A stretch of 24,000 nucleotides of DNA from Thiobacillus sp. 63-78 (lineage in GTDB: Bacteria; Pseudomonadota; Gammaproteobacteria; Burkholderiales; Thiobacillaceae), in contig NZ_MKWM01000073.1 in NCBI RefSeq assembly GCF_001899765.1, forward strand, positions 83,129-107,128. The letters run 5' to 3'. Position 1 is the stretch's first letter; each line of letters starts with the position of its first letter. The translations under genes and the position numbers were made by a program. The notes beneath the pieces were generated by a model that was not told the DNA's origin, did not search any database, and was given only the letters and a program-made list of their open reading frames with translations. This document shows, in pieces, positions 1-8,494 of the stretch.

Positions 1-297
1 GAATGCGGCGAACACGATCGCGGTGGCCAGGGCAATGGCTGCGGCGAGCCCGATCGCCCAGCGTCGCCGCAGCCACAGGCCGGTGCCGGCGGCGACATAG
101 GCGAAGCCTGCGAGAAAATTGAACCACAATACGAACGGCACATAGTTTCCGGCCGCGGCACGCGCCGCCTCATCGCCGAACAGGATCGTGCCGCCTTCCT
201 TGAGGGTGAGCAGGCCAAACCCGATCGCGATCACTGACATTGCACGGATACCGAGCCTGCGTGCCGGGATGGATGGAGCCTGGGTGGACGGGGCCAT
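1..297 (-). CDS. hypothetical integral membrane protein (3' end cut by window edge)
   Basis: Absent from the ORF track because it runs off the window. Reverse-strand ATG at 297-295, preceded by AAGGAGG (complement of 304-310, 6-nt spacer). The frame is open to position 1. Translation MAPSTQAPSIPARRLGIRAMSVIAIGFGLLTLKEGG...YVPFVLWFNFLAGFAYVAAGTGLWLRRRWAIGLAAAIALATAIVFAAF shows several hydrophobic helices. Confidence 0.5.
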   Translation of the reverse strand, partial: MAPSTQAPSIPARRLGIRAMSVIAIGFGLLTLKEGGTILFGDEAARAAAGNYVPFVLWFNFLAGFAYVAAGTGLWLRRRWAIGLAAAIALATAIVFAAF

Positions 298-353
298 GGC
301 AAACCTCCTTTTGTTGAACGATCCGACGAAATGCTTCTATGCGGCCGATGTCA

Positions 354-938
354 TCACGACACCGTGCCCATCGCCATCCGGAACAGGGCAAAGCGCGCGT
401 ATGCCTCGTGCAGCACCCGTTCGCGCTGACACAGGTTGAGGCTCAGTCTGAACGCCAGGCTCTGGATCATGCCGATCACAACACTCGCAGCCGCATGCGG
501 GTCGATGTCGGCCCTGATCGTTCCCTGCAGCCTGGCCCGGGCGATCAGCCGGACGATGCGCGATTCGTAATGGCTGACAACCTTGCGGACACGTCGCTGA
601 ATGCGGCTGTCACCGCCCTGCAGCAGCCATCGCAACAATCGTCTGGGGATCTCGGGGTGGCGCGTAATGAACGCTGCCTGAATCTTGAATGCCCGTTCCA
701 GTTCGAGGAGCGGGTCTCGATTACGCTGTGCGGCGGATTTCATGAGTCGCAGCAAATGCCCCCGCGCGCGGGAAACGAAACGGTCCCGTGCGCCATGGCT
801 GTCCAGGCCCGATTGACACAATGCGCACGCCGTCGCATCGGCATCCCATTGCCGATCGGAAAACAGATAATCGCGCGTGGTTTCCAGCCATGCCCTTAAA
901 TGCGCGGGCTTGAAAGTATTGCTGTCGTCGGTATGCAT
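354..938 (-). CDS. TetR/AcrR-like transcriptional regulator with divergent N-terminal HTH (tentative)
   Basis: ORF 354..971. The internal ATG at 938 is preferred because AGGAGG (complement of 945-950) lies 6 nt upstream. The C-terminal two thirds (RNRDPLLELERAFKIQAAFITRHPEIPRRLL...HAAASVVIGMIQSLAFRL) look like a TetR ligand-binding domain. The N-terminus (LETTRDYLFSDRQWDADATACALCQSGLDSHGARDRFVSRARGHLL) matches the TetR HTH pattern only loosely. Confidence 0.45.
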   Translation of the reverse strand: MHTDDSNTFKPAHLRAWLETTRDYLFSDRQWDADATACALCQSGLDSHGARDRFVSRARGHLLRLMKSAAQRNRDPLLELERAFKIQAAFITRHPEIPRRLLRWLLQGGDSRIQRRVRKVVSHYESRIVRLIARARLQGTIRADIDPHAAASVVIGMIQSLAFRLSLNLCQRERVLHEAYARFALFRMAMGTVS

Positions 939-992
939 GATCGACCTCCTGTTGTGCCGGTCCGGTAGCAAAGGTGCGGAGATGGCGCCGGC

Positions 993-1445
993 TTACTGAG
1001 CGGCATATCCGCTGCCATAAAAATGCGTCGCGAAGGGTTTGCGGAACTCGCTGTGGCAGGCGTAGCAGCTGGTCTGTAGCTTCTGAAAGGCGAGGATGAC
1101 GCCGTGGCCGTCCCTGGCACCGGCCGCCCGGCCCAGCGCCTGTGCCTGGGTGTGGGTTTCACCGTCAAAGGCCTTGAACTTGCCCATATCGGTGCCGATG
1201 AAGCGCATGATGCGCATCTTCTCCGCCAGCGGCGGCTGCGGATGGTCCGCGATCAGGAGGGCGGTTTTCTCCACCTGTTCCCAGTCCTCGCGGGAAATGC
1301 CATCGGTGATGGCCTGCATGTTCTTGCCCAGATCTTTCATGATCTTCTGCAAGGCAAGCGGCTCGGCGGCATGGGTGGCGCTAGCGGCACAACACAGGCA
1401 GGAAGCGGCAAGAAGATTGATCAGGTGATTGCGTAGATTGTTCAT
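993..1445 (-). CDS. cytochrome c-prime / class II c-type cytochrome, periplasmic
   Basis: 150 aa. Signal peptide MNNLRNHLINLLAASCLCCAASATHA/AEP, helical-bundle-like body, and a single CxxCH haem motif (CYACH) near the C-terminus, which is diagnostic of class II cytochromes c. The start codon lies 1 nt after the upstream permease stop (1447-1449). Confidence 0.8.
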   Translation of the reverse strand: MNNLRNHLINLLAASCLCCAASATHAAEPLALQKIMKDLGKNMQAITDGISREDWEQVEKTALLIADHPQPPLAEKMRIMRFIGTDMGKFKAFDGETHTQAQALGRAAGARDGHGVILAFQKLQTSCYACHSEFRKPFATHFYGSGYAAQ

Positions 1446-1446
1446 G

Positions 1447-2574
1447 TCAGGCCATCCTTTTCTTGAAACGAAGTGAACTCATGGTCAGCAGCGCGGTGCC
1501 CAGCACCGCCAGCGCGGCGAACTGCGGCCACAGAATGTCCCAGCCGCTGCCCTTGAGGAAGATGTCGCGGATGATGACCAGGAAGTAGCGCAGCGGGTTG
1601 AGATAGGTGAGCCACTGCGCCGGCTCCGGCATGTTCGAGATCGGGAACATGAAGCCGGACAGCAGCACCGCGGGCAGATAGAAGAAGAACGACGACATCA
1701 GCGCCTGCTGCTGCGTCTGCGAGATGGTGGAGATGAAGAGGCCGATGCCGATGGTCGACATCAGGTACAGGCCGGCGCCGAACAGCAGCAGCGCGAGGCT
1801 GCCGTGGATCGGCACCTCGAACCAGGTGATTCCGATCGCGGTGACCACCAGCACGTCGATGAAGCTGATCAGCACGAAGGGCAGGGTCTTGCCGAGGATC
1901 AGTTCGAAGGAGCGGATCGGCGTCACCATCAACTGCTCCATGGTGCCGATCTCGCGCTCGCGCACGATGGCCATGGCGGTGAGCAGCAGCGAGATCAGCA
2001 GCACCACCACCGCGATCACGCCGGGGACGTTGAAGTCGCGGCTTTTCAGGTCGGGGTTGTACCAGGCGCGCGAACGCAGTTCGATGGGTTCGGTCTGCGC
2101 TGACGCCAGCTGGGCAAGCTCGCCGGGTACGGTGCGCGCCCGCGAAAATGCCTGGGTGATGCGCTGGGCGTAGTCCATCGCCACGGTACCGGTGTTGGAG
2201 TCGGTGCCGTCGACGATGGTCTGGATGGCCGCCTGCCGCCCGGATTTCAGGTCGTCGGCGAAGCCGCGGTTGATCTGGATGCCTATGGTGACCTGGCCGC
2301 GGTCGAGCAGTTCACCCAGCCGCTCCGGCCGGTCGGTGCTGTCCACCACGGTGAAGTAGCCGGAGGCGGTGAAACGCTCGATCAGCGCACGGCTCTGCGG
2401 GCTCTTGTCGAGGTCGCACACCGCGGTCTTGATGTGGTCGACGTCGGTGGTCACGGCGTAGCCGAACATGATCAGCTGGATCACCGGCATGACGAAGATC
2501 AGCGCCTTCATGCGCGGGTCGCGCAGCACCTGGATGAATTCCTTCACCAGCATGCGATAGATACGTTCCCACAT
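1447..2574 (-). CDS. ABC-2 type transporter permease (YbhS/YbhR-like)
   Basis: 375 aa. N-terminal KEFIQVLRDPRMKALIFVMPVIQLIMFGY motif, large periplasmic loop, C-terminal cluster of 5 TM helices with EREIGTMEQLMVTP, typical of ABC-2 family permeases. GGAGG 4 nt upstream of ATG 2574. Confidence 0.9.
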   Translation of the reverse strand: MWERIYRMLVKEFIQVLRDPRMKALIFVMPVIQLIMFGYAVTTDVDHIKTAVCDLDKSPQSRALIERFTASGYFTVVDSTDRPERLGELLDRGQVTIGIQINRGFADDLKSGRQAAIQTIVDGTDSNTGTVAMDYAQRITQAFSRARTVPGELAQLASAQTEPIELRSRAWYNPDLKSRDFNVPGVIAVVVLLISLLLTAMAIVREREIGTMEQLMVTPIRSFELILGKTLPFVLISFIDVLVVTAIGITWFEVPIHGSLALLLFGAGLYLMSTIGIGLFISTISQTQQQALMSSFFFYLPAVLLSGFMFPISNMPEPAQWLTYLNPLRYFLVIIRDIFLKGSGWDILWPQFAALAVLGTALLTMSSLRFKKRMA

Positions 2575-2584
2575 ACCGCCTCCG

Positions 2585-3709
2585 TCAGGCCAGTTTCTTG
2601 CGGAATTTGCCGAGGGCGACGGCGAACACCACCACCGCGAACAGCGCCAGGAAGATCAGATCGCCCGCCACGAACGCCGGCGGGCTGGCCTTGAGAAAAA
2701 TGTTCTTCAGCACCTCGACGAAATAGCGCGCCTGCACCACGTGGGTGACCGCCTGCAGGAAGCGCGGCATGTTGTCGATGGAATAGAGGAAGCCGGACAG
2801 CAGGAAGGCCGGCAGGAAGGTGACCACCATCGCCAGCTGGCTCGCCACCAGCTGCGACTTGGCGATGGTGGAAACCATGATGCCGAGGCTGAGTCCGCCC
2901 ACCAGGAACATCGCGGTGACGCCGAGCAGGAACAGGAAGCTGCCCCGCAGCGGCACGTCGAACACCCATACCCCCATCGCCACCGAGAACAGCACGTCCA
3001 GCACGCCGATCACGAAATACGGCGCCATCTTGCCGAGAAACAGTTCGATCGGCTGCACCGGCGTGGCGATCAGCTGTTCCATGGTGCCGCTCTCCCATTC
3101 GCGCGAAACGGTGAGCGAGGTCAGGAGCGCGGTGATCACCGTCATGATCACCGCGATCAGGCCGGGGATGATGAACCAGCGGCTTTTCAGCTCGGGGTTG
3201 TACCAGACCCGCAGGCGGTTATCCACGGCGAGTTCGATCTTGCTGTCCTGCTGTGCCACGCTGAAGCGGCTGGTGATCGCCTCGGCATAGCCCAGCGCGA
3301 TGGTCGCGGTGTTGGCATCCGAGCCGTCGGCCAGCACCTGCACCCGGGTGGTGCGCCCCTGCTCCAGGTCGCGCGCGAAATGCGGCGGGATCACCAGCGC
3401 CAGGTGGGCCTTGCCCTCGTCGAGCAGGGCGCGCACGCCGGCGTAGTTTTCCGCCGTGGCGACCACGCTGAAATAGCTGGAGGCTGGAAATCCTTCCACA
3501 TAATGACGACTGGCCGCGCTCCTGTCCTGGTCGTAGACGGCGAGGTTGAGCGTCTTGATGTCCATGGTGATGGCGTAGCCGAACAGGATCAGCAGGATCA
3601 GCGGCATCAGGAAGGCCATCGCCAGCGAGCGCGGGTCGCGCAGGATGTGAATGAACTCCTTCTTCACCAGCGCATAGAGACGGGTCCAGGAGAACGCGCG
3701 TGGCTTCAT
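2585..3709 (-). CDS. ABC-2 type transporter permease (YbhS/YbhR-like), paralog of 1447..2574
   Basis: 374 aa with the same architecture (KKEFIHILRDPRSLAMAFLMPLILLILFGY ... REWESGTMEQLIATP). The start overlaps the upstream ATPase stop (ATGA-type overlap at 3706-3709). Confidence 0.9.
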   Translation of the reverse strand: MKPRAFSWTRLYALVKKEFIHILRDPRSLAMAFLMPLILLILFGYAITMDIKTLNLAVYDQDRSAASRHYVEGFPASSYFSVVATAENYAGVRALLDEGKAHLALVIPPHFARDLEQGRTTRVQVLADGSDANTATIALGYAEAITSRFSVAQQDSKIELAVDNRLRVWYNPELKSRWFIIPGLIAVIMTVITALLTSLTVSREWESGTMEQLIATPVQPIELFLGKMAPYFVIGVLDVLFSVAMGVWVFDVPLRGSFLFLLGVTAMFLVGGLSLGIMVSTIAKSQLVASQLAMVVTFLPAFLLSGFLYSIDNMPRFLQAVTHVVQARYFVEVLKNIFLKASPPAFVAGDLIFLALFAVVVFAVALGKFRKKLA

Positions 3710-4662
3710 GGCTGTCCCGCCTGTTCGTCACGGCGGTCCTCGAGCTCGATGAGCGAGACGAACACGTCCTCCATCGAGGGCGGAACGGCGCCGATGCCGT
3801 GCACCCGCAGTCCCCGTTCGGCGAGGAACGCACCTACCGCATCGGTGGCCGCCGCAGCGTCGTCGACCACCGCGTGCAGGTTGTCGCCGAACAGGGCGAC
3901 GTCTTTCACCAGACCCGAGGTTTCGAGCTGCTCCAGCGCCTCGAACGGGCGCTCGACGCGCAGTTCGAGGATGTCTTCCGGGATCAGGGTCTTCAACTCG
4001 GCGGGGCGGCCCTTGGTGATCATGCGCCCGCGGTAGATCAGGGCCAGCTCGTCGCAATATTCCGCTTCCTCCATGTAGTGGGTGGTGACAAACACGGTGG
4101 TGCCGCGATGCGACATCTGCGCGATGAGATCCCAGAACTGGCGGCGCGACAGCGGATCGACGCCGGAAGTGGGTTCGTCGAGAAACACGATGGGGGGCTC
4201 GTGCAGCACGGCGCAGCCGAGCGCGAGGCGCTGCTTCCAGCCGCCGGCGAGCGAGCGGGTGAGCAGGCTGCGCTTGTCCGCCAGCCCCGCCATCTCCAGC
4301 ACCCACTCCTTGCGCTCGCGCCGTTTGGCGCGCGGCACGTTGTAGATGCCGGTGTAGAAATCGATGTTCTCCTCCACGCTGAGGTCGTCGTAGAGCGAGA
4401 ATTTCTGCGACATGTAGCCGATGTGGCGCTTGATGATTTCCGACTCGGTCATGATGTCGAAGCCCGCCACCCGTCCCTCGCCCGAGCTCGGCAGCAAGAG
4501 CCCGCACAACATGCGGATGGTGGTCGACTTGCCGGCGCCGTTGGGACCGAGAAAGCCGAACACCTCGCCCTTGTCGACCGTCAGCGAGATGCGGTCGACG
4601 GCGACGAAATCGCCGAAGCGGCGGGTGAGTTCGTGCACCGTGACGGCGTGATCTTCGTTCAT
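3706..4662 (-). CDS. ABC transporter ATP-binding protein
   Basis: 318 aa. Walker A GPNGAGKST, Q-loop, signature LAGGWKQRL, Walker B IVFLDEPTSGVD, H-loop TTHYMEEAE. 4-nt overlap with the upstream ATPase gene. Confidence 0.92.
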   Translation of the reverse strand: MNEDHAVTVHELTRRFGDFVAVDRISLTVDKGEVFGFLGPNGAGKSTTIRMLCGLLLPSSGEGRVAGFDIMTESEIIKRHIGYMSQKFSLYDDLSVEENIDFYTGIYNVPRAKRRERKEWVLEMAGLADKRSLLTRSLAGGWKQRLALGCAVLHEPPIVFLDEPTSGVDPLSRRQFWDLIAQMSHRGTTVFVTTHYMEEAEYCDELALIYRGRMITKGRPAELKTLIPEDILELRVERPFEALEQLETSGLVKDVALFGDNLHAVVDDAAAATDAVGAFLAERGLRVHGIGAVPPSMEDVFVSLIELEDRRDEQAGQP

Positions 4663-5588
4663 GTTGCGGCGTCCTCGCCGACCTCGCGGATGAACACGTC
4701 CTCCAGGCTCGGCGCGATGATTTTCTCCGCGTGGACCGCGATCCCGGCCTCATCCAGCACGCGCCGAGCCGCTTCCGCTTCGGCTGCATCGGCGGCATAC
4801 ACGTGCAGCATGCCGCCGAACAGGCTGACGCGGTTCCAGCCGAGCGCGGCGGCCAGCGCCTCGCGCGCCGCGCGCGGCTGCGCCGTTTCCAGCTCCAGCA
4901 ACTGCCCGGCCATGCCCTGCTTGAGATTTTGCGGCGTGTCGCATTGGATGAGTCGGCCACGGTGCATCAGGCCGACACGCGAGCAGCGCTCGGCCTCGTC
5001 GAGGTAGGCGGTGGAAACGAAGATCGTCACGCCTTCCTTCAACATGGCGTAGAGGATGCGCCAGAAGTCGCGCCGCGACACCGGATCGACGCCGTTGGTG
5101 GGCTCGTCGAGAAACAGGATTTCCGGCTTGTGGATGAGCGCGCAGGCCAGTCCGAGCTTCTGCTTCATGCCGCCGGAGAGATTGCGCGCGAGGCGCTTGC
5201 GGAACGGCGTCAGGTTGGAGAAGCCGAGCAGACGCTCCTCCAGCGCGACGCGCTCGCGTCGCGGCACTTCGTACAGGTCGGCGTAGAAATGCAGGTTCTC
5301 CTCGACGGTGAGGTCGCCGTACAGACCGAAGCGCTGCGACATGTAGCTGATGCGCGCCTTGATTTCCTCGTCACCGCCCTGGATCGGGAATCCCGCCACC
5401 GTCGCCGTGCCTTCGCTGGCGGCGAGTATGCCGGTCAGCATGCGCATGGTGGTGGTCTTGCCGGCACCGTCCGGCCCCACCAGGCCGAAGATCTCGCCGC
5501 GCCTCACCTGCAGCTCGAGCCCGCGCACCGCCCACAGGTCGCCGAATGCGCGGCCCAGCCCGCTGGCCTCGATGGCGATTTCGCTCAT
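4659..5588 (-). CDS. ABC transporter ATP-binding protein
   Basis: ORF 4659..5654. Start moved to ATG 5588 (MSEIAIEASGL...) because AAGGAG lies 6 nt upstream. Walker A GPDGAGKTT, signature LSGGMKQKL, Walker B ILFLDEPTNGVD. Together with 3706..4662 this corresponds to the two halves that are fused in E. coli YbhF. Confidence 0.9.
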   Translation of the reverse strand: MSEIAIEASGLGRAFGDLWAVRGLELQVRRGEIFGLVGPDGAGKTTTMRMLTGILAASEGTATVAGFPIQGGDEEIKARISYMSQRFGLYGDLTVEENLHFYADLYEVPRRERVALEERLLGFSNLTPFRKRLARNLSGGMKQKLGLACALIHKPEILFLDEPTNGVDPVSRRDFWRILYAMLKEGVTIFVSTAYLDEAERCSRVGLMHRGRLIQCDTPQNLKQGMAGQLLELETAQPRAAREALAAALGWNRVSLFGGMLHVYAADAAEAEAARRVLDEAGIAVHAEKIIAPSLEDVFIREVGEDAAT

Positions 5589-5616
5589 GCCAGGTCTCCT
5601 TGCACGACCGTCGGGT

Positions 5617-6621
5617 TCATTGCCCGTTCCCGCCCGCCGTTGAGATGTACACATCGCCCGGCATGCCCGGCTTGAGCGTGCCGTCGCGGTTGTCGACGGT
5701 CACATTCACCGCGAAGACCAGCTTCACCCGTTCTTCCTGGGTCTGCACGTTCTTGGGGGTGAACTCCGCCTGCGACGACACGTAGCTCACCCGGCCTTCG
5801 AATTCGCGGTCGGGGAAGGTGTCGACCTTGACCCGGGCGGCGGCGCCCAGACGCACTTTGCCGATCTGATCTTCCGGGATGTAGACCCTGAGCCAGGGTC
5901 GGGAAATATCGGTGACCGTCACCACCGGACGGCCTGCACCCAGGGTTTCGCCCACTTCGGCATGCTTGCGGGTGACGACCCCGTCGACCGGGCTGGTCAC
6001 CTGCAGATCCGCCAGCGCAACGCGGGCGGCGGCGACCGCGGCCTGCGCTTCGTCGCGTTGCGCCCGCGCGGCGTTGATGGTCTCGGGGCGATAGCCGCTT
6101 TGCAGCAGCTTGAGCCGTTCCTGTGCCGCGCTCGCCTGCTGGGCCGCGACGACGGCGACGGTGCGATCCCGGTCGCGCCGCTGCCGGCTGGCGGCGCCGC
6201 CCTCGAACAGCACCTCGGAACGCCGCGCCTCTTCGTCCAGATTGGTCCGGTTGGCGCGGGCCTGTTCAAGCTGCGCGCGCGCCTCGGCGATTTCCGGCGC
6301 ACGGTAGCCCTGTTGCAGATCCTTGAGGCGGGCTTCGGCGACCTGTTGCGCGGCTTGCGCCTGCTGCAGCCGGGCGGTGGCCTCGCGGTCGTCGAGCGCC
6401 GCCAGCAGTTCGCCCGTCTTGACGCGGCTGCCTTCATCCACCGGCCGCTTGCCCAGGATGCCCGGCACCTTGAAGGCGGCGGCGATTTCAGTCGCGTCCA
6501 CCGTGCCCGAGGCGAATACCGTGCTTTCGTCCGGCCGCTCCGCCCAGGGCGCGAATTTCCATAGCGCAACGGCCACGATCCCGGCAACGGCGACGACGCC
6601 AATGACGACCTTCCTGTTCAT
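5617..6621 (-). CDS. HlyD-family membrane fusion (periplasmic adaptor) protein, YbhG-like
   Basis: 334 aa. N-terminal TM anchor (VVIGVVAVAGIVAVALW), long Ala/Gln/Arg-rich coiled-coil hairpin, then beta-barrel segment (VTSPVDGVV...RVYIPE...V.V.TFPD..F.G.V..V). AAGGAG RBS. The start overlaps the tolC-like stop by 4 nt. Confidence 0.9.
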   Translation of the reverse strand: MNRKVVIGVVAVAGIVAVALWKFAPWAERPDESTVFASGTVDATEIAAAFKVPGILGKRPVDEGSRVKTGELLAALDDREATARLQQAQAAQQVAEARLKDLQQGYRAPEIAEARAQLEQARANRTNLDEEARRSEVLFEGGAASRQRRDRDRTVAVVAAQQASAAQERLKLLQSGYRPETINAARAQRDEAQAAVAAARVALADLQVTSPVDGVVTRKHAEVGETLGAGRPVVTVTDISRPWLRVYIPEDQIGKVRLGAAARVKVDTFPDREFEGRVSYVSSQAEFTPKNVQTQEERVKLVFAVNVTVDNRDGTLKPGMPGDVYISTAGGNGQ

Positions 6622-8144
6622 AGTCTTGCTCCTTGCTGACTGGTGTGCCCCGCAAGGTTTTTTGCGGCGAGTTTTTTAGCGGGTAGAACGTCGACCGTCG
6701 CGCTCCCGGCAGCGAGGTCGTCCCCGCAAGCCGTGACGCTGTGGTGCCATGCGAGATACTGCGCAAGGGTGTCGGGGCCGAGGCCGGACGAAGACGGATT
6801 CGTCCCTGTTTTTGCGCCGGCATCCGCGGGCCGGAAGCTGTCGGGCGTGAGGTCGCCGGTGGCGCGAAGCAGGCGCGCCTGACTCACGGTAATGTCGTAG
6901 CCCGCCTGCAGCCGGTTCGCGGTAGCCGCCCACAGGGCGGATTCGGCGCCGAGCAGATCGGTGATGGTATTTTCGCCGCCGTGGTAGCGCAGGGTTTCGA
7001 TGCGCAGCGCTTCGCTGGCTTCGGTTTCGCCCTGGGTCGCCGCATCCAGCCGGGCACGCGATTCGTCCAGGCCGCCGTATGCCTGCTCGACCTCGCTGGT
7101 GATGCGGTTGCGCGCGTCTTCCTGCAGCAGGGCGTTTTGCCGCTGCTCGATCCCGGCCTGTTCCACCCGGCGCCGGCGCACGGCGCCGTCGAACAGCGGC
7201 AACGATAACTGCACGCCGATCTGCGAGTCGTCGTAGCCTTTCCAGTCGCTGCCGGTGCTTTCCTGCGCGCGCGCGACCAGATCGACCTGCGGCAGACGCT
7301 CGCCGCGCGCGATGGTGGTTTTCTGCCGGGCCGCGCGGCCCAGGGCGTCGAGCCTGAGCAGATCCGGGCGCTGCTGCATGGCGCGCTGCAACGCCGCTTC
7401 GGCCGAAGCCGGCAGGGTTGGCGCGGTCATTCCGAGGTCGGACAGGGCCGGAGCCGGACCACTCTCGCCCAGCAAGGCGGCCAGCAGCGACAAGGCATCC
7501 TTCTCACCCTGCGTGACCGATACCTTGTCGTAGCGCGCCTGCGACAACTGCGTCTGCAGCCGGATCAGGTCGAGCCGCGCGGCGCGGCCTTCCCGCAGGC
7601 GCAGATTGATGTCCTGTTCCTCGCGTTGCAGCGCCTTGATGCGGGCATCCAGAACCTGCCCGAGCTGCCGGAAATGCAAGGCCTTGGTATAGGTGGCGAC
7701 GACGTTGAACAACAGGTCCTGCCCGCCGGCACGCAACGCCTGTACCGACGCCTCACGGTTGTGCGCGGCCAGCGCCTCGCCTGCCACCAGCTTGCCACCG
7801 CGATATAACGGCAGGCTCATCGCCAGTCCGATATTCGCAACATCCCGGTCCATCGGCGGAAAGACGCCCGCCTCGCGAATCGGCGTGATCAGGCTCGGGT
7901 AGGCATGGCGCGTGTAGGCCGCATCCAGATTGACTTGGGGCAAGCGCTGGCCACGCGCAACGTCCTGTTCCAGCGTTTGCCGAGTGACTTCGGCTTGCTG
8001 GCTTTTGATCGCCGGGTTGGATTGCGCGGCGCGCGCCATCGCTTCCCACAACGGGAGCGGATCGGCGGCGAAAGCCGTTTTCCAGAAAGAAAGAAGAAAG
8101 GTGAGCAGCAGTAATCGTGACAGGGGTTTCATACGCGCATCCAT
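6618..8144 (-). CDS. TolC-family outer membrane efflux protein
   Basis: 508 aa. Signal peptide (MKPLSRLLLLTFLLSFWKTAFA), two repeated OEP units with typical motifs (PQVNLDAAYTR..., LPLYRGGK...; PQVDLVARAQ..., LPLFDGAVRRRR...). Alternative start ATG 8132. Unusual C-terminal tail of about 70 aa after ...LLRATGDL. Confidence 0.88.
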   Translation of the reverse strand: MDARMKPLSRLLLLTFLLSFWKTAFAADPLPLWEAMARAAQSNPAIKSQQAEVTRQTLEQDVARGQRLPQVNLDAAYTRHAYPSLITPIREAGVFPPMDRDVANIGLAMSLPLYRGGKLVAGEALAAHNREASVQALRAGGQDLLFNVVATYTKALHFRQLGQVLDARIKALQREEQDINLRLREGRAARLDLIRLQTQLSQARYDKVSVTQGEKDALSLLAALLGESGPAPALSDLGMTAPTLPASAEAALQRAMQQRPDLLRLDALGRAARQKTTIARGERLPQVDLVARAQESTGSDWKGYDDSQIGVQLSLPLFDGAVRRRRVEQAGIEQRQNALLQEDARNRITSEVEQAYGGLDESRARLDAATQGETEASEALRIETLRYHGGENTITDLLGAESALWAATANRLQAGYDITVSQARLLRATGDLTPDSFRPADAGAKTGTNPSSSGLGPDTLAQYLAWHHSVTACGDDLAAGSATVDVLPAKKLAAKNLAGHTSQQGARL

Positions 8145-8190
8145 TCTGGGTTTCGCGGGCGAGCCACTATAAGAAAGTAATTAGTTGCTC

Positions 8191-8218
8191 ATTATATGAA
8201 TTGAGTCCGGAGCGTCAA
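8191..8218 (-). promoter_or_regulatory. putative sigma70 promoter of the efflux operon
   Basis: On the reverse strand, TTGACG (8218-8213), a 16-nt spacer, then TATAAT (8196-8191). It lies in an AT-rich island about 47 nt upstream of the tolC-like ATG at 8144. Confidence 0.5.
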
Positions 8219-8494
8219 CCATAGAGGCTTTTATAGCTAAAAACAAGCTTATCGCAAATAGGTCATTGGCTGGTTTTCGATGATTCCCGTTATAAATAGT
8301 GACTGGTAACTTACTTATAAGTACGTGCCTGACCTGATGGAACATGCGCAGGAGCGGCCTGTGCGGAGCACGGATGCGGCGCCATCCAGTACCCGATACC
8401 GCCATTCCGTCGAGGGCGGGAGCTTGTCGCGCCAGCGTTCAGTGCCTGCCGTCGTCCCGCAGAGGACGGATGGCGTCAAGCCGGCCGGATTCAA

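Noticed and set aside
2741-5007. Plus-strand ORFs of 431 aa (2741..4036) and 435 aa (3700..5007)
   Set aside because: Both are antisense to the ABC permease and ATPase genes, which have complete Walker/signature motifs on the minus strand. Their His/Arg/Asp/Gly-rich translations are non-protein-like.
5589-5654. Longer starts from the ORF track for several genes: the ATPase at 5654, cbbM at 20580, cbbL at 14413, cbbQ at 19007 and the dsrC-like gene at 22131
   Set aside because: In each case a downstream ATG has a well-spaced Shine-Dalgarno sequence and yields an N-terminus matching the family norm. The upstream extensions have no homology-like content.
8181-8405. 74-aa minus-strand ORF in the AT-rich island between bioA and the efflux operon
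   Set aside because: It overlaps the predicted promoter. It has no SD and no coding-type codon bias, and the region is better explained as regulatory or intergenic.
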